Part shown: positions 23,251 through 34,601 of the stretch, one piece after another
How positions within the stretch are numbered: the first letter of the stretch is position 1
Layout of the letters: every line of letters begins with the position of its first letter
NCBI GenBank assembly: GCA_964187785.1
Contig: OZ076409.1
Location: forward strand, 56,670,001-56,734,000
Reading direction: 5' to 3'
DNA: 64,000 nucleotides
From: Amphiscolops sp. MND2022
Lineage: Eukaryota
Notes under the pieces: generated by a model
The model's input: the letters and a program-made list of their open reading frames with translations, nothing else
Told to the model about the DNA's origin: nothing
Database searches by the model: none
Program-made: the position numbers and the translations under genes

Positions 23251-26245
23251 AATAAAACTTTTTTATCGCACCAGTTTTGTATCAACCAATTTGCGGAATT
23301 ATAATAATTCAAACAAAACGAACAGATTGAGAAACTAAGTGCAGTGTCTTGCAGATCAGTATAAAATTGCAGTTCCGCAGAACATTAGGATTGCCTCCCT
23401 TGGACTACTGGGCGCTTGTATTTATTTTATCTGCACCATGATGTCAAAATCATCGTATAAAATTAGCATCAAAGACCTGACGTCATAGTGAAATCCTCCT
23501 AAGTAACAATAAAATAGCAACGAGACCCGAGATGTAATATGTAAAAAGATATGAGAAAAGAGGGGGAGGCAGTACGCCTTTCAAGTCCAAATAGCTCCAC
23601 TACTTTGTAACAGGTATTTGTTTACATCTTTGACTGGTGTTACGTAATTTTCACATTGAGGACATACAGTCCAATCGACTAAATGAGACTAAATGAAGGA
23701 ACGAATGAATGAATGATTGAATGAAAAATGCTAAAAGCTGATTGGTTACATAAGTATAGCACCACGCGTCGAATTGACGTGCACATGATTCAATTCGAAC
23801 GCGTTACCTTTTACCTCGCAATTTGTCTACATTGATTAACTATATTCATTACTTCTAAATACAGCTGATTTCACTGGTTTTTATGACATTTGATATGTAT
23901 TTCTCCTGATAAAAAGAATAAGACAAAAGAGGACAAAATGCTGAAGTTCAAAATGATTACTTCGCATAAGAAAGAGTTTGTAGTTTTTGGGACTGGTGGT
24001 TCGTTTGACCTGACCTATAGATGCAAAGTTACAGGTAGAGTGGGAAAGGTAATGTTATTGTCATACGTCACTTGGTAATGGTTGCCATCGCAGGCGGCAG
24101 GCTGCGACACTGCCCACCATTTTTTTGTGTATGGGGAAAAAATCATAATCTGTGTTGCGTTTTTGTCCAATATTTGCCAAATCTCCACTTCTTACTGCAT
24201 TTTATATTTAATGATGCGTTTTAGGAAGAGGAGGCTGGTGTTCAAAGAGAAGCGCTCCCATTTGTCCCAGCACGCTACATCCGAACTTTTGACGTTGTAT
24301 CCGAAGTAAATTGCCTTTCACAAAGGAGAAGGTAAAATTGCGATCATGTGTCTTTTGTTAGCTAATTGAAGACGCTGAAATTATCCCGATGCATTGAGGG
24401 CGTCTTGTTCAAAAAGGAAAGTTTTGTGTCTCCCACATATACGAATAAATTTTGTTTTTAGTCGGTGAGTTTTCTAAAAGAAAACGCTCAACTCTTACAG
24501 AGTGTAGTTTTTCAGTTCACTTTGAATGGTACATTCAAGTTTGGTTCATAGTTTCAGGTCATGGTAACACTTGTTAGTGCTATCTAATGATGAGTTGATA
24601 GCATCATTGCCGGAATAATGAAAGATCGGGGACATCGAAAACTTGACAAGATCGCCAATTTGTTGGGCCGTGTTGTTATTTTGAGCTTTCGTATCCGATA
24701 ATTTCGCGCACACCAATATTTGATTGTGAATTTCATTGTTAACTTCTATATGGCCCTAACTCATTTGCCTTGCCTTTTGGTTATGGTTCACGAGATCTCA
24801 GCACTGTCCATTCAGCGAATTTCGTTAAAAGAAAATCTAAATCTCAATGTGTGGGTTTGCTTCCGAAATTGAAATAAACAGGGTCAACAATCTCCATATC
24901 CCGGTTGTCCGTTCATGGATTTCCCCGCATGATTTTATTCGAAATTCATGGCATGCGATGCCACGATCCATGTTATCACGAAAAGGAATTCATGAAACAT
25001 CCATGAAACTTTGATGGGAATCCAGGGAACATCTATGAATCATGGATGGCAACCCGTAGAACATCCATGAATCATGGATGATAATCCATCACATCAACTC
25101 TTGTTAATATAATAACACATCAAAGTGACTAAATGCTTGATGTTAGACTGTCTACAAACTAACATCATTTCATTGAACGCTAACAGCGTCATTAATTTAA
25201 AAGTTCACTCACAAGAAAGAAAGAACTAAAAAGAATTTCAATGGTCGATTTTCAATGAAAACAAGACTTAATATATCTTTTTCAGGTAAAAATATGTAAG
25301 ATAAAGTTGAACTGATAATTAATTTCCAACAAACTTCAGGTTGATTTTTGAGCACAGAATTCGAATTCGAAGCCATGGAACGCTTGCCGTGATCATGGTT
25401 AATCTTTCTAAATCATGGTTAGCAACGGTAGCCTTGTCAAATCATGGCAAATCATGATACATGGAATGCTTGTCAAGTTCTTAGTAAGATCATGGCTAGA
25501 TTACTATGGTACGACATGTAAGCTGCTTTCAATTTCATAATTTATTCTTCTCACCAAAACTTCCTTTCGTCTCCAAGTTCCCAATTAGCGGTTGTCATAA
25601 GTTCGGACATAACCTTGACTTATTGAAAAGAGTTTTTAAAACTGAAAAGCATCCATAACTTCGGAATAATTTGCACCTATTGACCTAGTTTTGGTACTTG
25701 AGAGCACGGCATTGTGACTACTAAAATAATTTATCAAGTTATTGCTACTTGCGGGTTTGCGATATTGGTGTGAAAACCACTTTTTCTAACCATGATTTGA
25801 TAATTTTGCTAATACTTCAGCGATTGAGGTGACGGGCTGAAATTACTGAAATTCGAGAATGCAATAGAAAATATGCAATAAAAACAAATAGAAGTTGAAA
25901 ATAAGAGCTCTGAATTATCCGAATTTTTTGCTAATGGTACCATAGATTCCTTGCCAAAATCATGGTTACCCTTTACGCGATCTTGCATGGTCATGGAAGC
26001 CTTACCAAGATCATGGAAAGATCTTGGCAAGGCTTGCTAGTAACTTGCCATGAATCATGCCAAGGGTGCCATTGCTTCGAACACTCGGTACCCATGATAA
26101 TTTATCCTCTGGTTTTTCGTCCTATAGTTTTTTGTCCTCTCGTATTTTGTCCTAGGGTTTTTCGGCTCTGGTATTCTGTCCTGAAACCATTATTTACATG
26201 CGTTTGTTTATGTGGTCTCCTATTTAAAACTGCGGGTCATATGTT

Positions 26246-26794
26246 CCCTAGTTGAGACAGCAGTAACTTTTTACATGCTGCAGGCCTGCATGCAGGGTAA
26301 TTTTTTATAAAACCCAGAAAATTCAGTGACATTTCAGGCGGTAAATCTTGTAGAATTACACTGCATTTTCCACTACTGCAATTAAATTTGAAAATAAATA
26401 CAACATCATCACCGACACGACCACTTTGTATTTACACTTTGTTTTCTCAACAACTCATCAGATGTGATCACCGCTTTTCAAATAGGACGCTAAACGTGAC
26501 GCTACTTTGCAGTATATTACGTGACTGAAGTTATTATGCATTAAAATGGCTGTTGACCTAGAGCAATTTATTTGCTTTTAAAATTAGATTAGCTTCTTTA
26601 AGAAACCTGCAAAACTTCAAGGACTAAAATTGCCGTCAAAACTTTGATGAATCTTTCAAGCAGCTTGATAAAAGTCGAATACAACAGGTAAATATTTTCG
26701 CATTAAAGTTTCCGTAAGAGTTTTAGAAAATCATAATAAAAGTTGCTGGCAACATTAAAGTACATGCAAAAAGTTCAAGAAGTTTCAACAAGGG
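26246..26794. mobile_element. 549-bp MITE with CCCT...AGGG ends and 2-bp TSD (TT), CMC/CACTA-like
   Basis: Imperfect long TIRs. The internal sequence is homologous to 55895-56442 (ATCACCG...GACGCTACTTTG...GTGACTGAA). Confidence 0.7.
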
Positions 26795-28491
26795 TTTCCA
26801 TGCATGAAAGCTTTAGGGATTCACATTTGGAAGACATTTGAGTAAATGTTGACCTAGATATTGAAAAATCAAAAGGAAATATATCATTTTATTTTCGAAC
26901 TCAACTTGGGGGGGGTATTGCGTAAAATACGTCTACTTTGAGACAAAAATTCAATATATATGTATGAGATTATGTCCACTGAAATATTTTTAATTCGATA
27001 TTTCATTCGGTGACGCCAAATTTCTCAAGATACAAAGTTGTCGTTGCAATTTTTCATGAGGTGGCCATAAATGCAGCTGAGTTTTCATCTGCAGTGCACT
27101 GTTGGCAACCTTAGCGATCTTAGCTTAATGATAGATCTGTCCATGATCATGATATTCCACTTGCTATATCGCAATTTTACAAAAAAATGTGCCCAAAAAA
27201 TACGCACAAATTGAAAGTTTGATTATAAGTGACTGGTACTCATTCTGAGGTTTTTCAAAAATCCAAAGAAACTGCCAATCAATGCATTTTGATCTGATCG
27301 AAAATGTTATTGTTTACTTTCATAAAATTTTGAACTATCAGCAGTGATTATATACGCACACTTTAAGCAAATGCGATACCTTGTCGTACCAAAAGCTTGA
27401 TTCCTTGTTGAATATACATGAATTGAGTGGTTTATGTATGCAAAATTGAACTAGAAACACTTCTCTTCATGTCGCCATACAGAATGTAAAGGTTATGGTC
27501 AACATTGTACAAACCCTGAGATTAGAGTGCACCGAACAGGAAAATTTCCGTCCGGTCGGACATCCGGACACAACTAAATAAAGCCGTACCGAAATTTATT
27601 CTCTACTATAAGCGATAAAAGACTGGTTTCAAAATGGGCAATGAGTATGATGAAAAACAAAGTGAAAGTTTGCTTCAGAGTAGTCACAATTTTTCTTCCA
27701 TTTTTTGTTCAGCATCAAAATGCCGGAAATTGTTGAAAAATATTGGCGAAAAGTGGCAATGAATGCAAGAGTATCAAAATGAAAAGGCAAAAATTTTGAT
27801 CCAATTTCTTTGGCAGTTATTCCAATCGAAAGTGACCACCTTTAGATTAATGTTGAGCCGAACTTTGAGACTGTGTTTGAAGGCGAGAAATTTCATCGAC
27901 AATACCAAAAGATGCCAATTTTTGACCAATTTATGGTTTTTTTAATGGCTGCTGTCGTTTCCTTTCAAATGAAGCTTGCTCTTTGTTGAAGGAATCAATT
28001 GAACTAGTTTTCACTCAACGTTTCATGACATCTAGTTCCTTCATGAAACTGAATTTTCATAAAGTTCCTGCTGTGAATTTTTCCATGCCGCTTTTAATCA
28101 TGCAATGCTTATTTTTTTTTACAAAATGTTAAAAATTCCGAAAGCCTTCTTGGAAACATTTTGTAGGATTACAAGGCAGAGTACATCGATTGAATCAAAA
28201 CAAAAAAATATTTGTAGCATGCTTCTTTTAGGCAGCTTGATAAAATTCAATTGAAACTGTGACTTTTCAATGCAAAAAGTTTCCGTGAGAGTTCTGTAAA
28301 AGCATGGGAAATTAGCTTGGCACCAAAACCTTTTCAGCTAGTGTCAATAATTGGATTTAAACTGAAATTTTGGCTGTTTTAAACCGCTCTGAGTTGAGAT
28401 ATGTGTTCATCTGCTGAAATATTTGCCCAGCCGGATTCTGTGAAAAGTCCGGCTGGATACCGGACCTGAAATTTTTCTGAAATCCGACAGG

Positions 28492-29760
28492 GGCATACCG
28501 ACAACTCATATCAAGCGACAACTCATATCAAGCGACAACTCATGTCAAAACGAGAAGGCGACAACTCATATCAAGCGACAACTCATATCAATTGTGAAAA
28601 AGCGACAACTAATATCAATATTGAATTCAAACACAAACGATGTCTAATTAGGTAACTAGAAAGAACAAAGGCAGTTCAAAATTCAAAATTGTTCGCTAGA
28701 CCTTCTAGGAATTAGAGAGTGCGGTTGTTCTGATATTTTCTCAACATGGATTTGAGCCATTCGTTGGATTCAACAAACTTTGCGTATTTGCCCGGCTGTT
28801 CTCCAGCTTGTATTCGAGAAATTTTCACTTCTGTCAAGTTTTGTTCCTTCCTTAGGAACGACAGAAATTTGCCCAATGTACGATGGGGAATGATGGAATG
28901 CTGTGTGCCATAAATCCAAGGCTTTCTCGTACTGGTCCCATAATGGTAAATCAAACAAAGTCTTGGTTCGCCGTCCCAACCTCCCACATGCTCCCAGCCA
29001 GGTGTTCTCGTAATACTCGAGGAACGGCATCAAAGGGGTATCAGGGGGTAGCGTTTCCGGAGTTTTACAAAAGGCGCGGCGATGAACATCCTCGGATGGG
29101 ATTAAAGCGAGAGCCACCAAACTTTTCACTACTTTTCTGATCTCGTCATTTTCCTTGTAAAGGCCGGCAAGTCCAAGATCCTGAATCTTCATCCAAATTG
29201 CTTGTGCGAAATGGAGGAAACAATCTTTAACTTCTGTTGTGGGAAATTTTTTCGGAAGGAATTAATTGCAGCCAGCTCGAAATCTGTTATCACTCTCATT
29301 GGGGATAAATCCGGATTAAGTTTTTTGAGTGCTGTGAACGCCTTTTCATATATAGATGCGCTCTTAAATGTCAGCAAATTTATTTCAATAGTTCGCAACG
29401 ATTTATTTTTGGAAAGATAAAATTAGAATGGCTTCAGAAAAATGGAGCAGGCAATATATATACACCTCGCTAATTTTCTACCTGTTCGAGCAATTACCAC
29501 TTCCGGATTTTGATACAGGTTAGTTAATTCAACGTCCATTTGGTCCATTAGTGTTAATAGCCACTAATGTGTGATCAAATTGACTGAAACGCTCTTTGAG
29601 CGATGAGTTAATCGATTGCAAATTAGCATCAGTTAGCACCTGATATGAGTTTTCTATTTCAATATAGGATATGAGTTGTCGCTTGATATGAGCTGTCGCT
29701 TTTGCAAATTGAGTTGTAGCCTGATATGAGTTGTCGCTTGATATGAGTTGTCGCCGTACG
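28492..29760 (-). mobile_element. Internally deleted Mutator-like element (MULE)
   Basis: 9-bp TSD TCCGACAGG at 28483-28491 and 29761-29769. Inverted terminal arrays of the 17-mer GCGACAACTCATATCAA. Transposase remnant inside. Confidence 0.9.
28712..29398 (-). pseudogene. MULE transposase fragment, frameshifted
   Basis: YEKAFTALK...RVITDFELAAINSFRKNFP, then after a frameshift CFLHFAQAIWMKIQDLGL...LALIP...FLEYYENTWLG, typical of MULE transposases. Confidence 0.88.
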
Positions 29761-32174
29761 TCCGACAGGATACCGGACCGGACTTGATATCCAGTACGCC
29801 CCCAACTGATACCATTACCAGTGACAAGATAACTGACCGTCCGATACTGATTAGGATTCTTGTGAACTTTGCTATAGCTCAGCTAAGTTAATGATACTCC
29901 TCCAACATACGAGAAAACTATTCAACTTCGTAATTAAATCAAATGACGTTTACATTGACAATAAGCTATTTACAAGCAAAACTGGGCAATGAAAGAATTG
30001 CCAAAAAGACAGAGAAGGTGCACTTTTGAATATTAGAGCAAAAACTAAATAATTGTCAGTATCAAAAAAGTATTTGGAAACTTGAAACTTACCTTGAGAT
30101 GCTGAATTGAAAAAAGTTACAGCGCGGATTTTTGAAAGAACAACTTTTTTGGTGGCAAATGTGGCAAAGTAAAAGTTGGAAGCTACCAGCGATCATGCAT
30201 TTCAAATTATGGGTTGTATATATTGTTCGAAGAGTATTTATATTGAAGGTGAGAATGATTGCTACTTTTGATTGATTACTGATACCATGCAACATATTCG
30301 AAAGAAATAATAAAGAATTCAAATCCAGAAAGAACAAGTTTTTGATGACAAGGATATGAAAAAATCTACATGTCTTTGATATTGAAGAAAAATGAACATA
30401 AAACATAATTGCAAAGATGTTATTGACGGATAAATTGAGAGAAGCTGAGCGTCAGCCTAGATGAGCTAAATTATGAGTGAAAGAGTTTGATCAAGGGGTT
30501 TAAACTCAACTCACCACTATTGGTTCCCTGTTGTCAAATCACTGTGATTTTCTGCCAAGTTGTTCAGCATATCTTCTTAGAACTCAACTGAGCTGAAACC
30601 AAACACAAGTGAGCAAAATTACTTTTAAAAACTTAATATACTCGATATTTTAGTTCGGTTGGTCTCTGGCAATGAATGTTACTGTTGAGGAAGAAACTGG
30701 GTAGATGATGACTCAATGTGCCATGGAGCAGTCATATGTTGGCTCATCTGCTGCAGCCAGACAATCATCCAATCGAACTCGCAGTTTGAGTTGCACCTAA
30801 AACAAAAATTCCATTTTTCATTCGAAAAAACAACTCATGGATCAATCCTGTCAATAAGCAAACCTATTCCAAAGAGTAGAAATGACATTTGTTGGTCTCT
30901 TCATTTGATTTCTTTGTTATTCAGAAATATAAAGTAAAAAAATGTATTGAAAATTCTCTGATACCAATTTCTGATGACCCAACAAGGGTTTTCGTTCAGC
31001 CACAATATTTCCTCGAACGGAGGATCACTTTTTCTATTTAAATGTCGTTCATACATGGGACCAGTGCCTCCAATCAGCATGAATGGAATGGCATGGGAGT
31101 AGAGGGTTCTATTAAAACAAGCATGGGAATATAGGGCTCTAATAATGACAATTTGTTGTCTTCATGAGTTCAAACTTATCAGATAATGGGTTGCAATCGT
31201 AAAAATCGATATGCAACCGAACAAAAATGATCAGTGGATCACATCTAAATAATTCAAAGATGCATCTACCCAAAAAGATGCAAATATGGAAATCGAAACG
31301 TTGGTTTACGTTTCTCCTGAAAACAACAAGCAGTGATAAACGAGAAATCAGTTTCCTTAATTGAGGCTTCATGCATGGATTTGCATGGAACATAGTTGAT
31401 CATTTGCTTAATACAAGAGTTCATTCAAAAATTGAGTAACGAGAAATTAATTTTGTCGGCAGAAAAATGTTGTCGGGAAACTAGTGAAAGCCTAGTGCAA
31501 CATCAGAATGCTCTGTTGAAGTTTTTTGGGATGATCAATTTTGAAATGATTTATTCTAAAATCACAATTTTATCTACATCTTTCAATAAACAGTCCTGTC
31601 AGAAAATCATTCAACATAACTCGTGAATCAATTTTGAAGTTATCTTAGTTTTGGATTTAGTTGGAAAACACTGGAGCTAATTCGAGAAAATGATTTTTTG
31701 CTTTTATTGTTGGTGTTGATGGATGTCAATATTAAAACTTTGTATTAATTGAAACAGGCTGTTGATGATAAAATACGATGAAACTTCCTCACGGTGATGA
31801 AAATTCTGACAGCGAATTAGCGCAATTCGCTTATACGGCCAATTTTCTGACGACAAATTTTCCCAGCAATCGTATCCACCTGAGTTTAATTTTTGTCAAC
31901 TTTTTTTGTTTTTTTTTGTCGAATTTCAACTTGCCGAATTTTTTGAGCAAACATTTGAAATAACAACGAGAAGCTTGTGTTTAGCAATTTTATTAATGGC
32001 GACCTATTTTAGAAACTATTGGGTTGATCAAAAAGACTTACTTAAGGTTCTAGTTTTATACTTCAACTCCAGAAGTTTTTGAAAATCCAACCTTGAAACA
32101 TCTCAAATGCAGGTCAAATAGATGAAGCAGGTTTATTAATTGGTTCAATTATATACTGGAAGTCAGTTTGTCAG

Positions 32175-32646
32175 TTTATAGTCGGCGCTTCATGAAGAGA
32201 AACGCGACTATTATAGTGAGTCTTTTTTCAATTCACGCGAACACACCAAAATAGTTCTTGTAAGTTCTACAAAATTTTATCGTCCCAAATTGATCATTTG
32301 GCCTAGCGAACTGAACACAAAAGGTTTTTCCTCTTTTTCCGCGTAACATACCATACCGGGAGAGACTAAAAGTCTCCCCCTTTCAGTTTTGGCATTGTGA
32401 GACTTCTTTTCGGAAATTTTTTCACCAATTTTTTTTCACCCTTCTATTTTTTGATGCTTAGCAACAATGGATGTTAAAAATGCAAACGAATCCCCCTTTT
32501 AGCGCGCCAGTTCCGTCGTTTGGTTTTTTCGCGAGTTTGATACTCTTTTTGTGAGTTTGATACTTTGAGATCTTTGACACTTTCATGTCCTTTTGCTATT
32601 TTTGAGCTTTAGATATGGCGCCGATTTATGCCGTCCCCGGCTTGTT
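32175..32646 (+). mobile_element. HINE/DINE-1-like element
   Basis: 5' TAGTCGGCGC...CGCGACTA hairpin. 3' GGCGCCGAT sub-terminal inverted repeat, GCCG-TCCC-CGGC stem-loop and terminal TTGTT. Confidence 0.7.
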
Positions 32647-32857
32647 GTTGAACTTCATAATAAACCGTGCTTCATAATAAATATCATGTAATGATACCCC
32701 TGGCATACTAGCAATTGACCAGAATCTATGTAGACCAGTGACAGAGCAGCTGAGAAATACTGATTGCAAAATCCCGTCATTTGCAAAATGGGAGCCCGGG
32801 TTGACCCTCTTACTAGCATCTTGGCTGTCTTGGCAAGATCTTGCCAAATTCTTACTA

Positions 32858-33577
32858 TGTAACGTCAAGCTAGCAGCTACATTCCAGAACTGGGACAATG
32901 CTCAGGTTGCCTTAACAAGAGACCAATGTCTTATAACTACCTAAACATTAGTTTTTGATCCCAAGTGGTCTCTGCAGGGACTTTTCCAAGACGCCGAGGA
33001 GACTCCTCATATTAGAGCTCCGTGGCGACGTGCCGGCACACTCAAAGTCCGGACACGTCCCACAAGCACGTAAAAACAGTCCTAAAGGCTTCCCGCGATC
33101 CTACATATCTCCGAGGTCCGAAAACAGGGGTTTAGGCAAGGCTCATTTCAATTATGTGAATAACGTCTAAAATCAACAGTACGAGGATCTGGCAGATTCA
33201 ACATCACCATATATCTGCAAATAGTAATCAAAAACAACATAACTAATCAAATTAGGCTTTTCCAGCGCTTCTGTACTGATTTTGCAGTTTTCTTCATCTT
33301 CTTCTGATATGGGACATCTGGATCGAAGGCCATTTCTAGTACAATATACAATTTTCTGGGGAGATGACACAATTTCCGCGATCTTCTTGTCTCCTCATAC
33401 CGTGTGGATGTTCTTTCTTCTCTTCTGGGTCGGGGGGGGGGTTGTCTTTTTCGTTGTGTGTGCTTCTCTTTTTTTGATTTCAACGACCTGCTAGGTCGGC
33501 CATTTTGGATTCGCACATTTTCGACTTTTTCAACGAATTTTTGGTGCAAACTGGTATGTCGATTGGTGGACGTTACA
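32858..33577 (-). repeat. 3' LTR of the giant element
   Basis: Direct repeat of 51259-51978, with a 9-bp terminal inverted repeat TGTAACGTC. Confidence 0.97.
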
Positions 33578-33585
33578 TCCTCCCC
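33578..33585 (-). promoter_or_regulatory. Short polypurine tract
   Basis: GGGGAGGA abuts the 3' LTR. Confidence 0.7.
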
Positions 33586-34052
33586 GGGCCACTGTTTGTC
33601 GTCCTCGGCAAACGGAGAAGGGCGTACCACTACTTACAAATGGTGTTAGCAACATCATTTCCAGTTTTTGTTCTTTTTTTGATCTTACTGCTTCAAAATC
33701 TCGATTTAGCACATTTTTGTCAATTAAGGGACATTAAAAACCAGTTACTTTAAAACTCTTTTCATTTGTTCGACTCAGTTTAAAACTTCTTTTTCTAGGG
33801 TGGTTGCACTTTTGCGACAGCTAGCCAGTAAAACAAAGAATAGATCTCTTTTACTAAAACTTCAATTGCACTGTGTTTAAGCAAGCAGGCAGGTACCAAG
33901 CTGGGACCAACCCGCTGGGTAGTTACACTCACAAAACTATGTTAGTACTTTGTTAACTAAAATTTAGCACTTATGTTCTATAATTGCCAAGGTTTCAGAT
34001 GTTTTAGTTAGTTTGGTTTGGTTTGTGATAGCATCAAAGTTCAGTTTCCATC

Positions 34053-34601
34053 TCACTTGTTGCTAGCGGCATCCATGACAGTGTCCTCTTCCTGCAACCC
34101 TTCATTTAGTGATACTGCTAATGCTTCTGACGATGATGGCTCTTGCTGATTCAAGTCTGGTAACCCACTGAGTTCAAGTTCAATATCAGCTGCCTGTAGC
34201 CTTGATAAAGTCACAGATGTGTCCTCCGCTACGTCTAGTGACACTGCTTGGTCATCTGAAGTAGTAGTTGTGATACTGTGCGTGGGTTGGTTGGCTTGTG
34301 CAGGATGTGAAATGAATACATCAGTATTTGCTGCTGCGGCTGGTGTGGTATTTGAATGACTCATAATTGACACTGCGGAAGTTGGATTGCCAGCGGCAGA
34401 AGTCTCCTCGTGCCCTGCTGCCCGTCCTGTCGAGGTAGAGCCCGCTGGGCATGCTTCTGGCAGCTGGTTTGCGAGGTCCTGGCGTCCGTAACTGGTGAAG
34501 ACTTCCCTGTAGGTCCCTACTGCATTTAGGTAACTGGTATAGACAGAATTGCTCTCTCCTCTCTGTTTGGCAATCAGGCTCATGAAGATCTCCATGGCCA
34601 T
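34053..34601 (-). CDS. Probable true C-terminus of ORF2, separated by a 1-nt frameshift
   Basis: Removing one base at 34603-34605 joins ...EEIMKKQSK to MAMEIFMSLIAKQ...DAASNK, giving a protein of about 1389 aa from ATG 38223. Confidence 0.65.
   Translation of the reverse strand: MAMEIFMSLIAKQRGESNSVYTSYLNAVGTYREVFTSYGRQDLANQLPEACPAGSTSTGRAAGHEETSAAGNPTSAVSIMSHSNTTPAAAANTDVFISHPAQANQPTHSITTTTSDDQAVSLDVAEDTSVTLSRLQAADIELELSGLPDLNQQEPSSSEALAVSLNEGLQEEDTVMDAASNK

Noticed and set aside
28495..28620. CRISPR-like short repeat array
   Set aside because: The repeats are mostly contiguous without unique spacers, are mirrored at 29640-29755 and flank a MULE transposase. The context is eukaryotic.
30700..31630. 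Possible coding exon(s)
   Set aside because: Short ORFs on both strands with no homology I can recognise.
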